A program made the translations under genes and the position numbers. Under the pieces are notes generated by a model. That model saw only the letters and a list, made by a program, of their open reading frames with translations, was not told the DNA's origin and searched no databases. 64,000 nt of DNA from the human T2T-CHM13v2.0 reference genome, Homo sapiens: assembly GCF_009914755.1 (NCBI RefSeq), contig NC_060925.1. One strand, given 5' to 3'. Below, piece after piece: positions 27,955 to 42,675 of this stretch. Each line of letters starts with the position of its first letter. Positions within the stretch are counted from its first letter, which is position 1.

Positions 27955-28410
27955 GCATAATAATGCTGTGTAAGAAATCACCCAAACTCAGTGGCTTAAA
28001 CAATTGTTTATTCTTGCTCATGTTTTTGTGGACCAGTTGCCATCCAGGCTGAGATCGGCTGTGCTTAGTTCCAAAGCTGCAAGTTGGGTCCTGGTCTGTT
28101 TCATGTGTCTCTCTTCACCAATGACCATTGAGCCACCTGGGGCATATTCTTCTCATGGTGGAAAAAGCACAAAAGACTAAGTTCAATCTTGAAAGCACAT
28201 TGCAAGCTTCTGGTGGCCTCACATCTGTTAACATCCCATTGATCAAAGGGAGGCCCAAAATGAAGGGGGGAGTAAAGTGCACTTCACCCACCATGAGGTC
28301 AAGTCAAGTTACATGGGCAAGTCCAACATCAATGGAGTGGGAAGTATACTCCTCCTATGAAGGTGAGAGTAGAGAGAGTGACTATTTGCCAAAAATAATT
28401 TCATTCACCA
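27955..28410 (-). mobile_element. Old MaLR (MLT1-like) LTR
   Basis: taatgctgtgtaagaaatcacccaaactcagtggcttaaacaa...ttcttgctca is a typical reverse MLT1 terminus. Confidence 0.55.
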
Positions 28411-29156
28411 TTCTGGTGGAATATTTATGGGAATTGCATTAAATGTTAACTTGAAAACAGACACTATTAGAACAATTGCCTTTTCTACTAATATCTTATC
28501 TACACAAGTAATTGTTAAGTAATTTGCTAAAAAAGACTATGAATGTACATTTCAAGTAGACTTCCTGTGGTATCTAGTAGGAGCTTAAAAAATGTTTGCT
28601 AATCTGTTATTCATGGATATTTTGTATTTTTCTTATCTTGAGTGCCAGCTCTTAAAATGATATGTGTAACTATTTTAGCATGCAAAAATACTATTAATTT
28701 TATATATGTTTTCCTGCATTTGGTTGCTATACTGAACTCTTCTAATTAAGTTCTGGAAGTTTTGGGTTTTTTTTTTTTTTTTTTGCATTGTTTAGGTATG
28801 CAATCTCAATGTTTTTAAATAATCTTTTTCTCATTTCTTTTCAATATTGATTGCATTGACTAGAGCTTATCAAACAATAGTAAACAATACTGTAAGATTT
28901 TTAAAGACAGTACTTCTAATGTTTACTCACTTAGTGTAAAGCTGACCTGACCTAGTTTTCTTTACCATATTAAGGAAGAATTCAAATGTTTTTAAAATTA
29001 TTTTTCTAAAATAATGCCTATGTGTGTTGAGTTTTTATCAGATGACTTCCTGGCATCTATTGAAATGACTGGATGATTTTTCTCTTGGAACTTCTCAAGG
29101 TTGTATTTTCTTATTTTGAACCACCACTGCCAATTAATTTCTTTTTTTTCATAGTG

Positions 29157-29213
29157 TGTATATTAGTCATTGTTCTCTAGAGAAAAAGGACCAACAGGAT
29201 GTGTATGTATATA

Positions 29214-29263
<50 letters not shown>

Positions 29264-29901
29264 TATAGAGAGAGATATTGAGAAGGAGATATTTTAAAGA
29301 ATTGCCTCATGAGATTGTGGGAGTAAGCCAGTAGGCTGGAGACTCAGAAAGATTTGCAGTTTGACTCCAAAGGCGATCTGCTGGCAGAATTCCTCTTTGC
29401 TCAGGGACACCAGTCTTTGTTCTATTAAAGCTTTCAACTGATTGGATAAGGCCTATCCAGTTTATGAAGGATAATCTGATTTACTCAGAGTCTACTGACA
29501 TAAATGTTAATCTCATCTACAAAATATCTTCACAGAGCATCCCATTTTGAGAAGCAGCCTCACTGTGTCGCCCGGGCGGGAGGGCAGTGGTGCAATCTCG
29601 GCTCACTGCAACCTCCACCTCCTGGGTTGAAGCAATTCTCCTGCCTCAGCTTCCTAAGTAGCTGGGATTACAGGCACCTACCACCATGCCTGGCTAATTT
29701 TTGTATTTTTAGTAGAAACAGGGTTTCACCATGTTGGCCAAGCTGGTCTCAAACTCCTGACCTCAAGTGATCTGCACTCTTCAGCCTCTCAAAGTGTTGG
29801 GATTACAGGCGTGAACCCCCATGCCTGGCCCAGAATAATGTTTAACCAAATATTTGGGTACTATGATGCAGTCAAGTTGACACATAAAATAAACCATCAC
29901 A
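29157..29901 (-). mobile_element. MLT2B-like (ERVL) LTR containing a (TG)n microsatellite and a nested Alu, inside an old L1M
   Basis: Ends ...agtcaagttgacacataaaataaaccatcaca (reverse complement of the MLT2 start). (TG)n at about 29217-29264. Confidence 0.8.
29546..29830 (-). mobile_element. Alu (AluS-like) with almost no tail, nested in MLT2
   Basis: Both Alu arms are present; the MLT2 sequence resumes at cagaataatg. Confidence 0.9.
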
Positions 29902-31690
29902 ATGTATAATTCTTTTAATGAATTGTTGAATTTGAATATTTCTCAGAAATATTCTTTGGGTTATACAAAATTATTATCCCATATAAAAGAAGAGGCAGTT
30001 GAGGCTAGGATAGGTAATACAACTCACCCAAAGTCACACATGCTCAAATTGGCAGGACTGATATTTGTCCCTGGCTCCAAAGCCCCAGGTTTTAGTCATA
30101 TAATCAATTACACAGAAAGGACATCCAATATGCTGATACATTATTCTTCAGACTGGCCTTACTTCCTTTGCTCGGGAGTCACCTGCCTATAACTCTCATA
30201 TGTGATTTAATCTTGATTGTTTTTGTTGAATTGGGGAACTTCACGAATGAGAAGTAGAGGAGTTGAGATTTTTACTTTCTGGCATGAGCTACCGTTAAAC
30301 TGATTATCTCGCTGCAGTCCACATCTGGACCAAGTACAAAAGTGAAGCCTGACTTCTTACTCTGTGGTGCTGATAGGAATAACAGCCACAACACCACCAT
30401 TTTTGCCATCTTGCTGATGAATTGACCTCATATTTCTCTACCTACATTTTTCAAAATAGTGCTCTTTTATGAGTTACTCAAGCCCCATTTTAAAAGCAGT
30501 GTGGTTGATAAGTATGTTTCATACCTGCTTGTACTGAGCTTTTTTAACCTTGTGCTCTTGAAATAATATGAGCTTTTGGACACTATGTATTCAGTACAGA
30601 CTTTCAGAGTGAAAATGTTGATTTTCCCAAATTAAAGAACTAGGGGATATGGTAATATATGCTCTCAATTTTGAATTAGGTGGAAATTGACATCGTTTGT
30701 CAGAAATATACTGAGGATAAAAATGAGGTAAAGTTTTAGGTGCTGAGCTGTGTGCCAAATAGCCCTTGTGTTTCTTTCTTGAACATCTACTTCAAAGAAG
30801 CAGATTTGCCTTTGATATCCCTGGGAGCCACATGAATATGAACTGACTCCAATTGCCCTCATCATCTCCAGAATTTATTTTTTATTTTTTTAGGGCATGA
30901 GTCTGTGGTCAATTTGCTTATTTGCTTCTCCAAACCAGCATGATCATTATAATTCTCCTTTTCATGAAATAACCCACTCTCAGCCTGTTGTTAATCCTAC
31001 CTAGAGGTTGGGAGTGGAGTCACCTAACATGAGGGCATTCATCTCTTCAGTAAGTGGTGTGCTTGTGTCAGAAATTTTTATGCAGACAAAAACACAGGAA
31101 TCATCATGGCAACAGAATAATATTCACCACCTGAGCCACCTTGACATTTCTCAGCTAGTAGGAAGCTTTCTTTTTTCTTTTGTGCTTTTAACATAGAAGA
31201 ATGCCTCCTAAGTTTTGCAGGCTACATAGTCATGCCCATGAGCCTCCTCTTTTCAATGCATCCTGCCCCCATAACCATTTTTCTCTGTAAGTGATGTTAA
31301 CTATGCAGAAAGCCAATTAGGAGATTCTACTTAGAATTCCTTCTCTTAACTGTTTCTCAAAGCTTATGTGGTATAACTGCTAGAAAAAGATGTTTGAAAA
31401 ATAATAATATATTCTATATTGGCCATTCAATGTCTCACCTTCATGCCTTAGCTCAAACTGGCAAGCTTCTTTATGCCATCTCTACATGTGGAAAAAGTCT
31501 ACCGATTCCTTAAAATCCCATCCAAAGGCCATTTCCTCTGTGGTGGTTTGCCTGTCTCACCTCCTTAGCAGTCACGGCTCTCTCTCATGAGTCCTTTTAA
31601 CACTTTAATAATAACTAATAATTATAAACACATGGATCATTCTTTAGGTTTTACAAAGTTTGTTGACACATCATTTCATGTAACAAATAA

Positions 31691-32043
<353 letters not shown>

Positions 32044-32094
32044 TATATTCCCCAACAATGGAGAATATTAAACAAATAAACACAGGAGGGTTAA

Positions 32095-32394
<300 letters not shown>

Positions 32395-33108
32395 AAGTAA
32401 TTTGTTAAGTGACACACAGCTGTCCTCTGTCTTCTGACATCAAATGTCTTCCTGTGCTAGCTATATACTGTTGGTCTCAAATTATCATTATCTTAGCCAA
32501 CCGTTCTGGAGGACATCTGTGTGCTAGGCATTCTTCTAAGTGGTTTATATGCAGCAGCAGTAATAGCCAACATCTTCTTGCCAGATATCCACTTAGTCTT
32601 CAAAGCAACCCTATGTAATAGATACTATTATTATTCCACCATTTAGAAATGAATAATCTAAGGGACAGGGAAGTCAAGTAACTTATTCAAGGTCAGATAA
32701 CTACAGGAGGCTGCTGCAAGTGTCGGTCTTTCCATATCCAAAATCTGGTGTCTTAGTCAGTGAAAATGCTGCAAAACCTCAAAATTGACAGAGGCCACCC
32801 TTTAGACATAATTGCTACAGGAATATTGATCCCATCTCCTCTTGTATTTCAAATCTTCAGAGTGCATTCCACAGCCTTTTGCCTGTGGTATCCAAGACCA
32901 TAGAGGCAAGAATGTCTGGGAAATGTAGGTGTTAGATTGCCAGCCTCTGCTGGGTAAGATGGCAGAAGAGCATAGAGGAAGGTAAAAATGAATACTGGGT
33001 ACCAGTAGACAATATCTAGCATACTCGTGATAATGATGTAAGACTACTGCCATTTCTTTAGAATGCGATCCTGGTGAGATGGCCAATGAATGTTTAGTCA
33101 CTCAGATA

Positions 33109-33142
33109 TGCAGTGGTGTCCCCCTACCACTAGGGGGAGATG
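33109..33142 (+). promoter_or_regulatory. Candidate CTCF site with upstream TGCAG module
   Basis: TGCAG-N13-CCACTAGGGGGAG; the core differs from consensus CCRSYAGRKGGCR at one position. Confidence 0.55.
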
Positions 33143-35739
33143 AACAACCGGCATAGTTTGATGTCTTAAGAAAGATTATTTGTTCATGAGTAATGGAAAA
33201 AAATACTGAGAAAGAAGTGGTTGCTTTCTATGGCTTATGAGGAGAAGCTTATGCTGTCTTTAATGAAAAATTAATCAGATAAACAAATGTCCAGAGGAAT
33301 ATATCCAGATGTATTCCTATTTACAGTCACTTAGTGGATGTGCCAGCATCCAAATGCTTCCTTAATCTTTCAACTATCTAAGTAATGATTGAATAGAACC
33401 TTTGCTCCACCTTTCCTGCTTAAATGCTACTTTATTAGCATTACTTCTTGTCCATAACCATCATTGCCTAAGTGCTCTGCAACTTACCTATTTAAATACT
33501 GGATAGATTGTCATCAGTTCCTCATCTGACCAATCATTTGTTTCACCAATTACTTGCAGATTCTCATTCTCGTAATGGTCCTACCATGGAACTGTTGCAT
33601 CTCCCTGTTTTCCTCACCACCTCCAGCTAATCAGGGTAGAGTTTGCTCTAATGAGCTTATGTCTCAGGAGGGCAGGTCTTTCTGTGAAAAACTGTCAAAA
33701 CTCTTCTAATGGGAAACAAATATTAATGTAAATGTAGGCATTTATTTGCCAAAAGAGTAGTAGCTCAAGAATTGCTAGCAATAATTACCCTACTTGCCAG
33801 TGTATTGTGTCTTTTTTGATTATTCCTCTCTTTCTATGTAGAGACCTGCCTAAAATATCTCATGAATTTTTCTCCCTCAAGTGTGCATTTGTGAAGTTTC
33901 TCGAAAGATTGATTGGAACACAAGGATTTCAGTTTGTGGCGTCCTGTTAATCAGGTCAGATTTGTTAAAGTCATTAGTGTTAAAAATTTCTTTGTACTCA
34001 CAATTCTCCTTACCCAGAGTTAGTTCTGTGGCAGTGTATTAGTGTGGGCAGGGTATCTTCCATCAACTTAGTGTTTTTAATGGAGCTTACCAGAGTTAAT
34101 GACAGTGGCAGTCCCCCCAGGGAAAACAAGACAGTTGGCTCAGATGTCTTGTGGGAGCTGAACCTGCTAGAATGTTCTTCTGGGGGTTTCATCACTAATC
34201 TGCCAACAACTGGAGTCTGTATCCTATTAGTTTCTATTCACTGAAGTTGTGAGATGCCATGTACTTTCTTTTTCCAGTCATCTCATTTTTCTCATCTTCT
34301 AATTCGTGAAAGGGACACAGAAATATTTAGAAAAATTGGGATTCTGCAAATTGTGAGATTGATTTTCCTATGTTCATCTCATAGTGTTCAGATTGAGATA
34401 AGGTACTAACTTCACTAAGCTCTTAAGTTGTCCACTATAAGACAAAGTCAATACTACTTCCTTGGAAAGAAATAAGGCCATGATGAGTTAGGTTTTCACC
34501 ATGTGTAGGTTATTCTAAGGGTTTCAGGTCTAATGGCATCCCCTGAGGTAGTAGGTAGATAAGCTGGTCATCAGGTTAGAGCCTGTATTTTGAATCAATT
34601 CATGTGTAGTCCTTACGACCATTCATTCTACAGATTCTGGTATCTGCCCACCTCTCAGGCCCCTCTCTCATTGCGCCCTGTACCCACAGTACTCATGCTT
34701 TGCCCATTCTGAATCATTTTGAATCCTAAATTATACAGTATACTTTATATTTAATACATTTCTGAATTTTCAAGTGCCAGCTCCTCCCCTCATTTACCTG
34801 GTAAACTCCTTACCTTCTAGGTCTTTTCTGATTGTCTTCTTCTTGTTGGTGTGCTCAGGTTCCTAGTGTAGCTTATACCTGATTCAACCAGAACACCTAT
34901 AGCAATTTATTGCCATCACTTTTGTGCAGAGCTCCTCTTATATAACCATAGGCCCCTGAAAGGCTGGACCCTCTTTGCATCTCAAGTCTTCTTCTTCCAT
35001 TCCCTGCCTGCCATTAGTGGTGTCTCCATGCAGGAAGAAGCATATCCAAAAATATTTTAAATTATGTAAATTTCAATAAAGTATTTATTTCAACCCTCAG
35101 AGAAAATGAGATCAGATTTGTACAGAGATGTGGTTCTCCTCAATTGTGGTAAGTTTAATGGGTGAGAATGCTGAGCAAGATTTGCATTGCATACAAATCA
35201 CAGGAATTAGGACCAGTGATTGGAAAGTTCAAAGGAAGATTTAAGCTCAGTATAAGTAATAACTTTCTGGGCATTAAGACTGTTCAAAAATGGAATGTGC
35301 TATCTTTTCAACTAGTGAGGTCTCAATGACTGGAAGTATTTGTACCAAGACTCATAAGGATGCTATCATATATGTTCTCATATTGGTTTGGAAGAGATGC
35401 TTGGCAGTATCTTTTCTAATCTTAAGATTCTATTTTTATTTCTGTAAATCAGTTCAAATGTTAACTTCTTATAATTGCCAATTATGGCTTTTATATTCAT
35501 CATTATTCATTTGATATTCATCATCAGTTAAAATTTTTCTATTAATCAGTCAATGAAAAAATTATCTTTTGCCTCACTCTTCAGTGAATCTGGCTGTCCT
35601 TGGTTGTCCATATTTCCTTTCACTTCTTTCTATATACACTATAAAATTAATGAGACTTTTAAAAATCTTTCAATTTTAGTCAATAAATATTTGAATGTTG
35701 GGCCAGATGCAGTGGGAGGTACAAAGAAGATATAACATT

Positions 35740-35970
35740 GATTACAGTAGCTAGTGTTTATCAAGTGATTACTGGCATTTTACATATATGGACTCATTTG
35801 TTTCTCACAATAATGCTATATGGTAGGTACTATTTTCCCATTTTATAGATGAGAATCCTGAGGCACAGAAAGATTAATTAATTTTCCAAGATCATATTGC
35901 TCTTAGATGGAAGAACACAAGCAATCTAACCTAAAATCTGAAGGTGTAACCATTAAGCATTACTGCCTCT
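35740..35970 (-). mobile_element. MIR SINE
   Basis: ccatttttatagatgagaatcctgaggcacagaaagatt is the reverse MIR core. Confidence 0.7.
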
Positions 35971-37029
35971 TGATGAATAAATTTAATAAGATACCATCTC
36001 TTGCCTTCAAAGATGATTCCACCTGGTAGAATTACATGTATTTATTATTCACTGGATAAGGCTGTTCTTAATTTTACTTGTTGTAAAAATTTATTCTTTC
36101 AAACTTGTCTGCATTGTTATCACTTGATAGTGTTCTGGCACTGGCCAAACAAAAATCCATGTTTATCTAATTTACACCACTTATGATATTCTAAACTTGC
36201 TGTGTAACTATATATGTCTAGTTTGAACTCAAGGTGATATGATTGTATCTCCATGATTATGTTAATTATCCTTCCCTGAGACTTCTCCATTTACCTTTTG
36301 CTTTTGTGGAAATCACAACAGCATACAATAATCCAATGACAAATAGACCTTTTGATTTGGATATAGCCATCGTTCCCACGTATTAAATGCATACTACATG
36401 CAGAATGTCTAGGAGGAAGTAGAAGATACATACACCCAACAAAAGATACCATGTTAGAAGTACAAATAAAGCGATGTTGGACAAATGAAGTGAAATTAGT
36501 AGTCACAGAAATGAGATTCACCAATATGCCTTTCTGAGCATCTTCGTTGGTATTTGTTTTGGAGTGGTCATTATGTTGGTAATCTCACAGTAGGCAGGTA
36601 ATAAGTTACAGTGATTCTTCCCAATCTTGCCTGAACAGACTCCTCCTGTAAACACAGCTGAAACCCTAGAAAGTATAATTTAGAAAAGCAATTTTTAAAT
36701 TTTAATATGCATCAGATTAAACTGAAAGATGAGGTAAAACACCAATTGATGGGCCCCAGCCCCAGGGTTTCCGATTCAGTAGATGTGAGGTCAGTTTCAA
36801 GAGTTTGCATTTGCACTTTGAAAGAGCTGGAATAATACTAAGAATATGCATAACTCCTGGGTGTGCATTAGAATCACCTGTGATTCTGGTCACAAAAACA
36901 ATCACCAAACTTCTAAATAAAGACCCAAAGCTCTTCTAATATTAAACCCTGAGATAAATATGAGCTGTATATATACTTTAAAAAGATGAATAAAATAAGT
37001 AAAGGAATCATTTACCCAATTTTTGATGA

Positions 37030-37370
37030 ATACGTGAGTGGCAGCAGTTGCGGTGGTAAGTTAAATCAGGAATAAATGTTTGCAAAGTGAAAATTGTAAG
37101 AAGCATCTCCTCTTACCATGCAGTTTATAAACAATCACAAATAGGGCAGGCTTGCTGAGCTCCTTCATACCTGGCGGGTTATTGTCATGAATTTGTATGA
37201 TTATTGTGTACTTTACAAATTTTTGTTTTACAATAATTTGTATTTATTCATTCATTCATTTTCCAACCCATTTATTCCAGCTCAGCCGTGAGGATGGCTG
37301 GAGCCTATCCCAGCTGCTTAGGGTCCAAGGTAGTAACCAGCCTGGGACAGGATGTGATCTCATCACAGGG

Positions 37371-37408
<38 letters not shown>

Positions 37409-37625
37409 CAGTCAGATTGGGACCATTTAGACACACCAGTGAACCTCACGTGCACAGCTTTGAGAGGGGGGAAGAAACTGGAGTTCCAGAGAAAACCCAC
37501 ACAGACATGGGGAGAACATGCAAACTCCACACAGACGTTGGCCCTGGCAGGAAATTGATTTTTTTTCTTCATGAACATAATGAAATGCTGTTAAATAAAA
37601 TGATGTCGTTCAAGGACTTGCTGTA
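37030..37625. mobile_element. Tigger3 (Golem)-like DNA transposon fragment with (CA)n
   Basis: Terminal ...gatgtcgttcaaggacttgctg-TA and internal gaaacccacacagacatggggagaacatgcaaactccacacagac; (CA)n at about 37372-37406. Confidence 0.75.
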
Positions 37626-39519
37626 ATTAATTGAGGCTTTTAGTATCTCCTTTTCCAATTATGTTTTCCAATTACCAAACATTGCTCATCACATAATAGA
37701 TGCTCAAGTAATGTTTGTTAAACAAATGAATATCTCTTACGATAAAAAATATTGCACCAGGTGGGTTGACTGACCAGATATTTCTAACCATGCTGGAATG
37801 ACTTATTTCTGACAAAAATTATTAATTTTATTGATCCAAAAGGAGCCATGTAAAATTGTTTTCCTCTTCTTGCTTGCTATTTTCAATTTTTCCAATTTGG
37901 GCTCAGCTAGCAGTGCCACAGCTGAAAAAAGTGCATGGATTTTAATAAGGACTCCTATTGCTGAGAAGGATAATAAGTGAGTCTGGAGGGCAGGGTCATA
38001 CTCTCAAAGCCTTTCTGATGGGAGCCAAGATTAAAATGGACAGCAGGCTGAGAGGGCTGGGAAGAAGCTATGATTTCTCACTGTGGATTTCCTCAGAGTG
38101 CCATTAGTGTACCAAGGAGAACACAGGGGAGATTGCATTTACATGAGGAAAGCAAGTTAGAGTTCAGTGATCTTGAATTTTTTGGCATTATTTCAATTAT
38201 TTGTTGGAATAATTTAACTTTGGCCCAAAACATGTGTCTTAGTATTGTATAGATTTGCAGGGCACAGAATATTTCTGGTTTTCCCCTAATGATTGTCATG
38301 GAATGCCCTTAAATTTAATGAATAAGTGAATCCCAAGACAATGGTATAGAGGTCTCTAATTCCAAACAGTAATGTATTTTTGTGAAATAAACAAGGCTCA
38401 GTATTTCCATTCGATTCGGTGGCATTGATGGAATCTGAGCACATTGGGCACTTCACAACACAGTCATATTCTTATTCAATCTTCATTAGAAATTCATGAG
38501 ATAATCATTGTGCTATTAACCTCATTATATAGGTGAGGAAACTAAGTCACTAAAAGTTTAAATGACTGGTCCACATGAAAACAGCTGATGAGTGATGAGG
38601 GCTGTCAAGACATCTCAGGTTTTTTCTTCCCTGGCTCAATGCTGCTCTACCCAGCACCTCTGTGGACAGGAACTCCTTTTATCCCCCACTCATTTGATGA
38701 GAAGTATATGAGGCCAGGGAAAGGCAAGTGACATGGCCAAGGGCAAAGGGCAAGGCATTGTGAGAGTCTGTTCGGGAATCACATCTGAATCTAAGGAGAA
38801 ATCCACATCGCCTGCCATCCTAAAGAGATTTCTTAGTTGCTCCCCCTCCTCATTGGGTCTGTGGTGTATTTGTGAACAACAGCTGCATTTGCAAGTAGCC
38901 AGGACTTCCTCCAGATGACATATTGCGCTGCCAGAGTGGAGACAAGCGGGGCTGACTTCACAGGCCAAAGAGGGCATCTGCATTTGCCACTCAGCCCCAA
39001 TTATTCGAATCTGCTCATGGCAGGAGGAATGGTGGGTCCCTTAGGCACAGAGGCCAGCCTCTGATCTCCAGACTCTCTCATTTCTCCTAGATCCGCCCCC
39101 TCATGTTGCTTAAGCAAAAGCAGGGCTAACCCCCGCCCCTTGGACAAGGGGCACATCATTCCTGCATTCCCCAAGCACTCTCTGGCTGCTGTATCAGCAA
39201 TTGGATGCTTGCCCAGGCTCTGCAGGACTCTAGAGTCTAGAGCCTGCTGGCCCAGAGGCAAGAGGGGTGCCAGATGTGCGAGCTAGCAAACCGCGGAAGC
39301 TACTGTGAGATTAGAGTGGCTCAGAAATAGTCGGGAAATTACCCTTTCCATTGGGCTTGGAATCCAGGGTAACTGAGGCAGCAAACAAACTTCTGTGTGT
39401 GTGAGGTGTCCCAGTGTACCAGTGTCCTCCATTCGGGGGTGTCTTCTTCTTGGAAGGAGGACTTTTTCTTTTAACCCCTAAAGTGTCAGGGATCTAAAAG
39501 CTGGTTGGCAATACTTGAT

Positions 39520-39665
39520 GCCTAAATTGTGGCCTGGGGGTCACGATCTCCTGGGTGCTAGTTAGAAATGGGGAATCCCCTGGCCCAGTCCAGACCTATG
39601 GAATCAAGATCTGCATTTTAACAAGATCCCAAGGTTTATTTGCATATTTGAGAAGGCCTGCCCTA
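39520..39665. mobile_element. MER5-like hAT-Charlie MITE
   Basis: gttagaaatg...ccagaccta.ggaatc...atctgcattttaacaagatccc motif. Confidence 0.7.
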
Positions 39666-40479
39666 AACAACACTCATGAGCCTGGGGAGAATCTTAAAGG
39701 CTTGTGAGACAACTTGAGGGTTGTGACACTTCCTAGGTACTTTTGTAGCCTACACTGGTCCTGTGTGATTGGGATCTACGTCTAGCACTGGGTCTGTGGC
39801 GATACTAACTTCCCTGTCTTTCCTGGCCCAGACTGACATTTCCAAAGGGCTGCGTGAGGTGGTACATACTCAGGCAAGGCATTAACAGTCACACAGGCGC
39901 TCCAGGGCTTTCTCCTGGCAGTGCTTGAGCCACGTGGCCCTCCATGGAGCACCTATCTCTATCTTGGACCTTTTAGTTAGAAAGCCAACAGCTGCCCTGC
40001 GTGGGGGAACTGCACAGTATGCTAATGAAGGAGCAGCATACTGAAAATGATGTTGTGGCTATTAACATTTTTATGGGTGGACTGCTTTGCAAAGCATAGG
40101 GAAAGTATTACTCTTCTAGGATTAATATATTTAACAAAAAGTCTGCCAGGAGAGGAGGTTTTTGCTGATAAATATAATTCTGCTGTTGATTTATTTAGTA
40201 ATGGAGACTTGAAATTACAGGAATCAATGTGTATATGGAAGCCATTGTCATTTGGTTAATTATGTTTTGCCAGCAGGATGGGGAAGCACTTTATGCTCGA
40301 TGCAGCCAAATGTATTTCAGCCAGAATCCTGTGTTATAAATGACGAACACATAAATGTAGATAAAGAGAAAGACCCCTATAATTCTAGATTCCTGGACAC
40401 TTGATCCTCCAGAAGCTTGACATCCCTGGCCCCCTGCACTGGGGCTGTAGCATGTAGCATAAGTAGGTCTGCTTCCTCT

Positions 40480-40710
40480 ATAGCAATACTCCTTAACGGG
40501 GCTTATTTTGCACCCATGGGATATTTATAGATGTCTGGAGACATTTTGTTTATCATAGCTGGGCAGGGAAGATGGGCAACAAGAGAGTAGAGGCCAAGGA
40601 TGATGCTGATGCTAAGTAGACCTACAAAGCAAAAGATGGCCCCCACCCCCACCCCTAATGAAGAATTATTTGGCTCAAAGTATCCATAGTTCTAAGGTTG
40701 AGAAGCCCTA
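40480..40710. mobile_element. MER20 DNA transposon
   Basis: atgtctggagacatttt...gtagaggccaaggatgatgct...aagaattatttggctcaaa...aaggttgagaagccc. Confidence 0.75.
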
Positions 40711-41064
40711 TTCTAGGGCATTCCTATTTGAGATTCTGACTCAAAGAAATGGGGTGAAGTCCATATTCTCTTTGTTGACAAATAAAGAAAATAAGGTGTG
40801 GGCATCACATCTGGTTATGTAGTATTATCTTCCAAGATATCCACCCAGGATGGAGTCAAGATGAGTGTATAGTAGGAGAGTCTGGAATAGCTCTCCAACC
40901 ACTGTCACTTATCTGAAGAGGTCTAACACTGTCAATTGGTCGCCATCCTATTGTGAAGATCATCCCCAACCTTCCTTTCCCTACATTCTGATGAACCAGC
41001 TGTGGTTTGGAAGGCATAAACTTTGCTACAGTCACAGCTGTGCTATTTACTGAGTGATCCTGAG

Positions 41065-41509
41065 AGTGGTAGGCAGTGTAATGGCCCTCAAAGTTGCTCA
41101 CATCCTAATTCCTGGAAGCTGTGACCTTTCATGGCGAAGGGGACTTGCAGATGTGATTTAGTCAAGGATCTTGAAAAGGGAAGATTCCCCTGAATTTTCT
41201 GAGGGGGTCCTTGTAAGTAGAAGATGAAGACAGGGGAGTCAGATTCAGAGATTTAAAGATGCACTGCTGCTGATCTTGAAGATGGAGTGAAGCTGAAGGA
41301 AGGAGCCATGAGCCAGGCATGTGGGAAGTTCCTAGGAAAAAGAAAAGACAAATAATCAGATTCTTCCCTAGAGCATTCAGATGGAACACACTCCTGCTGA
41401 TACCTTGATTTTAACCCCCAAAGACTCATTTTATACTTGTGATCTCCATAACTGTAAGATAAAAGATGTTAGTGGTAATTTATTACAGCAGCAATGGGAA
41501 ACCAATGCA
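41065..41509 (+). mobile_element. MLT1D-like MaLR LTR
   Basis: gtggtaggcag..taatggccc...ggacttgcagatgtgatt...gtaatttattacagcagcaatgggaaaccaatgca. Confidence 0.75.
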
Positions 41510-41589
41510 TTAAGGAAGGCATTTTTCCTTTTGAATGTCCCACTATAAAATAGGGCTTTATCCACTATAAAATAGGTGTTGCTCATTTA

Positions 41590-41990
41590 TTTGTTCCTTT
41601 ATTCATTCAACAATCATTTATTGAGTGCCTACTATGTGTCCACCATTCTAGGCACTTGGGAGAGAGCAGTGGACCACAGAGACCAAGCAACTCCTCTAAT
41701 CTAGTGACAGGAGACTGATAATAAACTTCCAAAAAAATACAGAAATCTACAGTGATAAATGTTATGAATTCAAGTGAAGCAGGGTAAGGCAACCGGAGTC
41801 CACATCTATTTCTTACAAATCATTCAGAGCAGGTTCTGTGATAAGGTGACATTTAGCAAAAACCTCAAGGAAGTGGGAGAGAAAGTCATACAGATATTCA
41901 AAGGAAGAATATTTTTAATAGAGGAAATGGCAAGAATACATTCCCTGAGCTAGGAGCTTGATTCTGAGATTCAAAGAGCAAGGGAACCAG
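41590..41990 (-). mobile_element. L2 LINE 3' end
   Basis: attcattcaacaatcatttattgagtgcctactatgtgtcc is the reverse L2 terminus. Confidence 0.75.
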
Positions 41991-42675
41991 TGTTGATAAT
42001 GATAATAATTACCTCACAAGGCTGGTATGAGAATTTTGGGCAACATACATGAAACCCCCTGGTGAATTTCAAAACACTATGCAAGTATTTAGTCATCATT
42101 GCATGGTCCCTCGGAGTGCATTTTGGGGGCTGCCAAGGGATGTGTAGGGTGACCTTTATTTTGTGTCTATATAAAAGCGAAAGGGAAATAGCTATTGGCC
42201 TCAGGCCATGGAAATTATGCACAGAGGCCTAGAAATAGGAGTATTTTCCCAACATGGAGCTGATGATTGATGATGATTCTATGTGTGTCCTTCACAGTGG
42301 CAAACCTTCAAGGGGCAGGGACATCATTGCTGCTGTAGTCCTTAAACCCTGTGGTCCAGAAGGGTGCTCCCAAGGTGCCAAAGGGGGCCCAGAGCAGTCG
42401 GCTTTTCTGTCATGGGGGCATACAAAGAGAGAAATCATCAAGAAATTCAAAGACCTCAACTCCTGCCTGGCCAGGGCCCAGAGAGAAGCAGTTAGGATAG
42501 CCTCTGATACCCAGCCTTGCCAGCAACTAATCTGCCAGATGATGAAATTGAAATATTTGAAATATAATCCATACATTCTTTTTCCAAGACAGGTGGTGAA
42601 ATGGTCTAGTTTTTACAAAAGGCTGAGAAAATTAAAATACTAAAATGTTGCACATCTTTGTGTTTGGGAGTAGGA

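Noticed and set aside
42254-42643. 129-aa ATG ORF and overlapping antisense ORF
   Set aside because: No recognisable homology, exon structure or codon signal; expected by chance in 64 kb.
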